DNA of 64,000 nt, taken from the NCBI GenBank assembly GCA_964603625.1, contig CAZRVM010000001.1, positions 1,949 to 65,948 on the forward strand, given 5' to 3'. A program made the translations under genes and the position numbers. Below the pieces are notes generated by a model. It was not told where the DNA came from, did not search any database, and saw only the letters and a program-made list of their open reading frames with translations. The stretch is from an uncultured Candidatus Saccharibacteria bacterium (GTDB taxonomy: Bacteria > Patescibacteriota > Saccharimonadia > Saccharimonadales > JAGQNJ01). Below, piece by piece: positions 62,792-64,000 of the stretch; position 1 is the first letter of the stretch; every line of letters starts with the position of its first letter.

Positions 62792-64000
62792 ATGCCTAAC
62801 CATGGTGAGAGATTTCTACATAATCAAGACGATAGCTTACATACTAGTGAACCCGTTGAACACGAACAAGCTCGTAGAGCTATTGCTAGTTTGCATGATA
62901 CCACTAATCAAGTAGAGCCAATTGATTCAGAAATTAGTCATAATTTAGGAGATGAAGTACATACTAAACCAGCAGATAAAATAGCTGATTTCTTAAGAGT
63001 ACTAGAACATAATCATACTAGCCATAGTGATGACCCAAGAGTACTAGATCGTATTAAAGCCAGCTACCATAAAACCCATGTTATTAAGCCAGAGGATGTA
63101 CCAGAGTCTGTCTTCAAGCTAGAACAACAAATAGCTCGTAATATGGGTCATGGCGACATTCCAATAACTGAAGAGTTCCGTAAAGCCAAAACAGAACAAA
63201 TCATTAGTACTCAAGAACATAGCCTAGATAAATGGGTAGACTACCTAACTAGTAGTGATGCTACCTACCCAATGTGGGCTAAGTACTGGGCATTTACAGC
63301 TATTACTAAAATGGGCAAATTAGAGAAGTCTGTTACAACAGACGAGTCAGGCAACGAACATGAATCAATTCGGTTTGCTAGAAGAACCGAAGATACTGTT
63401 GCTCCCTTTCCACCACTCAACCCCAGAGCCTTAGCTTTAACTATTGGAGTAGTAGATGAACACCTTAGCCAAAAAGGTTTACCTAAATTAGAACGAACAC
63501 CAGTTGTTAACCAATCTACCAAGCTAAACGATGAAGACTTTAGAGAGCTAATTATTAGTGAAAGCTTTAGCAGGATATATAGCCAGTTCTTATTAGAACT
63601 ACCCCAGTACTCCATAGAAGGCCTTAAAGAAACCAGAGGCGAGTGGAAGAAGTATCCTCAAGGTTCAGATCAGGATGAACTAGTAGATTCACTAGATGGC
63701 TACCCACTAGAGTGGTGTACTGCCGACCCAGAAACTGCTAGAGGGCAACTAGCCGGTGGCGACTTTTATGTCTACTATTCTATAGATCAAGATGGTAACC
63801 CAGTTATACCTAGAGTAGCCATTAGAATGCAAGGTAATCAAATTGCAGAAGTTAGAGGTATCGCTCCAGACCAAAATACCGATCCTTTCATTGCTCCGGT
63901 AATTGAAGCCAAGATGGAAGACTTCCTAGATGGTAAAGCTTACCAAAAACGCAGTCAAGATATGGCCAGACTTACAAACATAACGCAAAGAGCCGAAACT
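62792..64000 (+). CDS. hypothetical protein; 3' end lies outside the window (at least 403 aa); His/acidic-rich N-terminus; compositionally atypical
   Basis: Hand translation from the ATG at 62792 runs to the window end with no stop (MPNHGERFLHNQDD...WAKYWAFTAITKMGK...GDFYVYYSIDQDGNPVIPRVAIRMQGNQIAEVRG...). It is absent from the ORF track only because it lacks a stop. It has about 15 CTAG sites in 1.2 kb. Confidence 0.6.
   Translation, partial: MPNHGERFLHNQDDSLHTSEPVEHEQARRAIASLHDTTNQVEPIDSEISHNLGDEVHTKPADKIADFLRVLEHNHTSHSDDPRVLDRIKASYHKTHVIKPEDVPESVFKLEQQIARNMGHGDIPITEEFRKAKTEQIISTQEHSLDKWVDYLTSSDATYPMWAKYWAFTAITKMGKLEKSVTTDESGNEHESIRFARRTEDTVAPFPPLNPRALALTIGVVDEHLSQKGLPKLERTPVVNQSTKLNDEDFRELIISESFSRIYSQFLLELPQYSIEGLKETRGEWKKYPQGSDQDELVDSLDGYPLEWCTADPETARGQLAGGDFYVYYSIDQDGNPVIPRVAIRMQGNQIAEVRGIAPDQNTDPFIAPVIEAKMEDFLDGKAYQKRSQDMARLTNITQRAET

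Noticed and set aside
63265-63615. 116-aa minus-strand ORF at the window end
   Set aside because: It is antisense to the long, motif-bearing plus-strand ORF 62792-64000 and is most likely a shadow ORF.

Overview
This 64-kb window comes from a low-GC (roughly 37-40% by eye), compact bacterial genome that uses the standard genetic code. About 80% of it is coding and most genes are on the minus strand. The core (8.3-36.0 kb) is one collinear minus-strand ribosomal/transcription block: rpoB-rpoC, the str operon (rpsL-rpsG-fusA-tuf), and the S10, spc and alpha operons, ending rplM-rpsI. Ribosomal protein L30 is missing between S5 and L15, and secY is followed directly by infA with no adk or map. 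That pattern is consistent with, but not proof of, a Candidate Phyla Radiation (Patescibacteria, e.g. Saccharibacteria-like) organism. The flanks carry pentose-phosphate genes (gnd partial, zwf), four tRNAs (Thr-GGT, Tyr-GTA, Thr-TGT, Leu-TAG), three aminoacyl-tRNA synthetases (trpS, hisS, tyrS), clpP, tig, clpC, nusA, recG, radA, rsmD, a class-A PBP, pepN, rnhB-yraN-rplS, and several hypothetical, partly membrane-anchored proteins. The most interesting observations are these. (1) Three unannotatable small ORFs sit inside the otherwise invariant rpsL-rpsG-fusA-tuf order. One is an 83-aa Cys-rich protein, tightly coupled to its neighbours. (2) Two perfect CIRCE/HrcA operators (TTAGCACTC-N9-GAGTGCTAA) lie upstream of clpP and clpC. 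(3) A LysM protein carries an actinobacterial-type Rpf catalytic domain with locally elevated GC. (4) A 3'-truncated gene at the window end is unusually rich in CTAG and looks leaderless. No rRNA, CRISPR array or obvious mobile element was seen.
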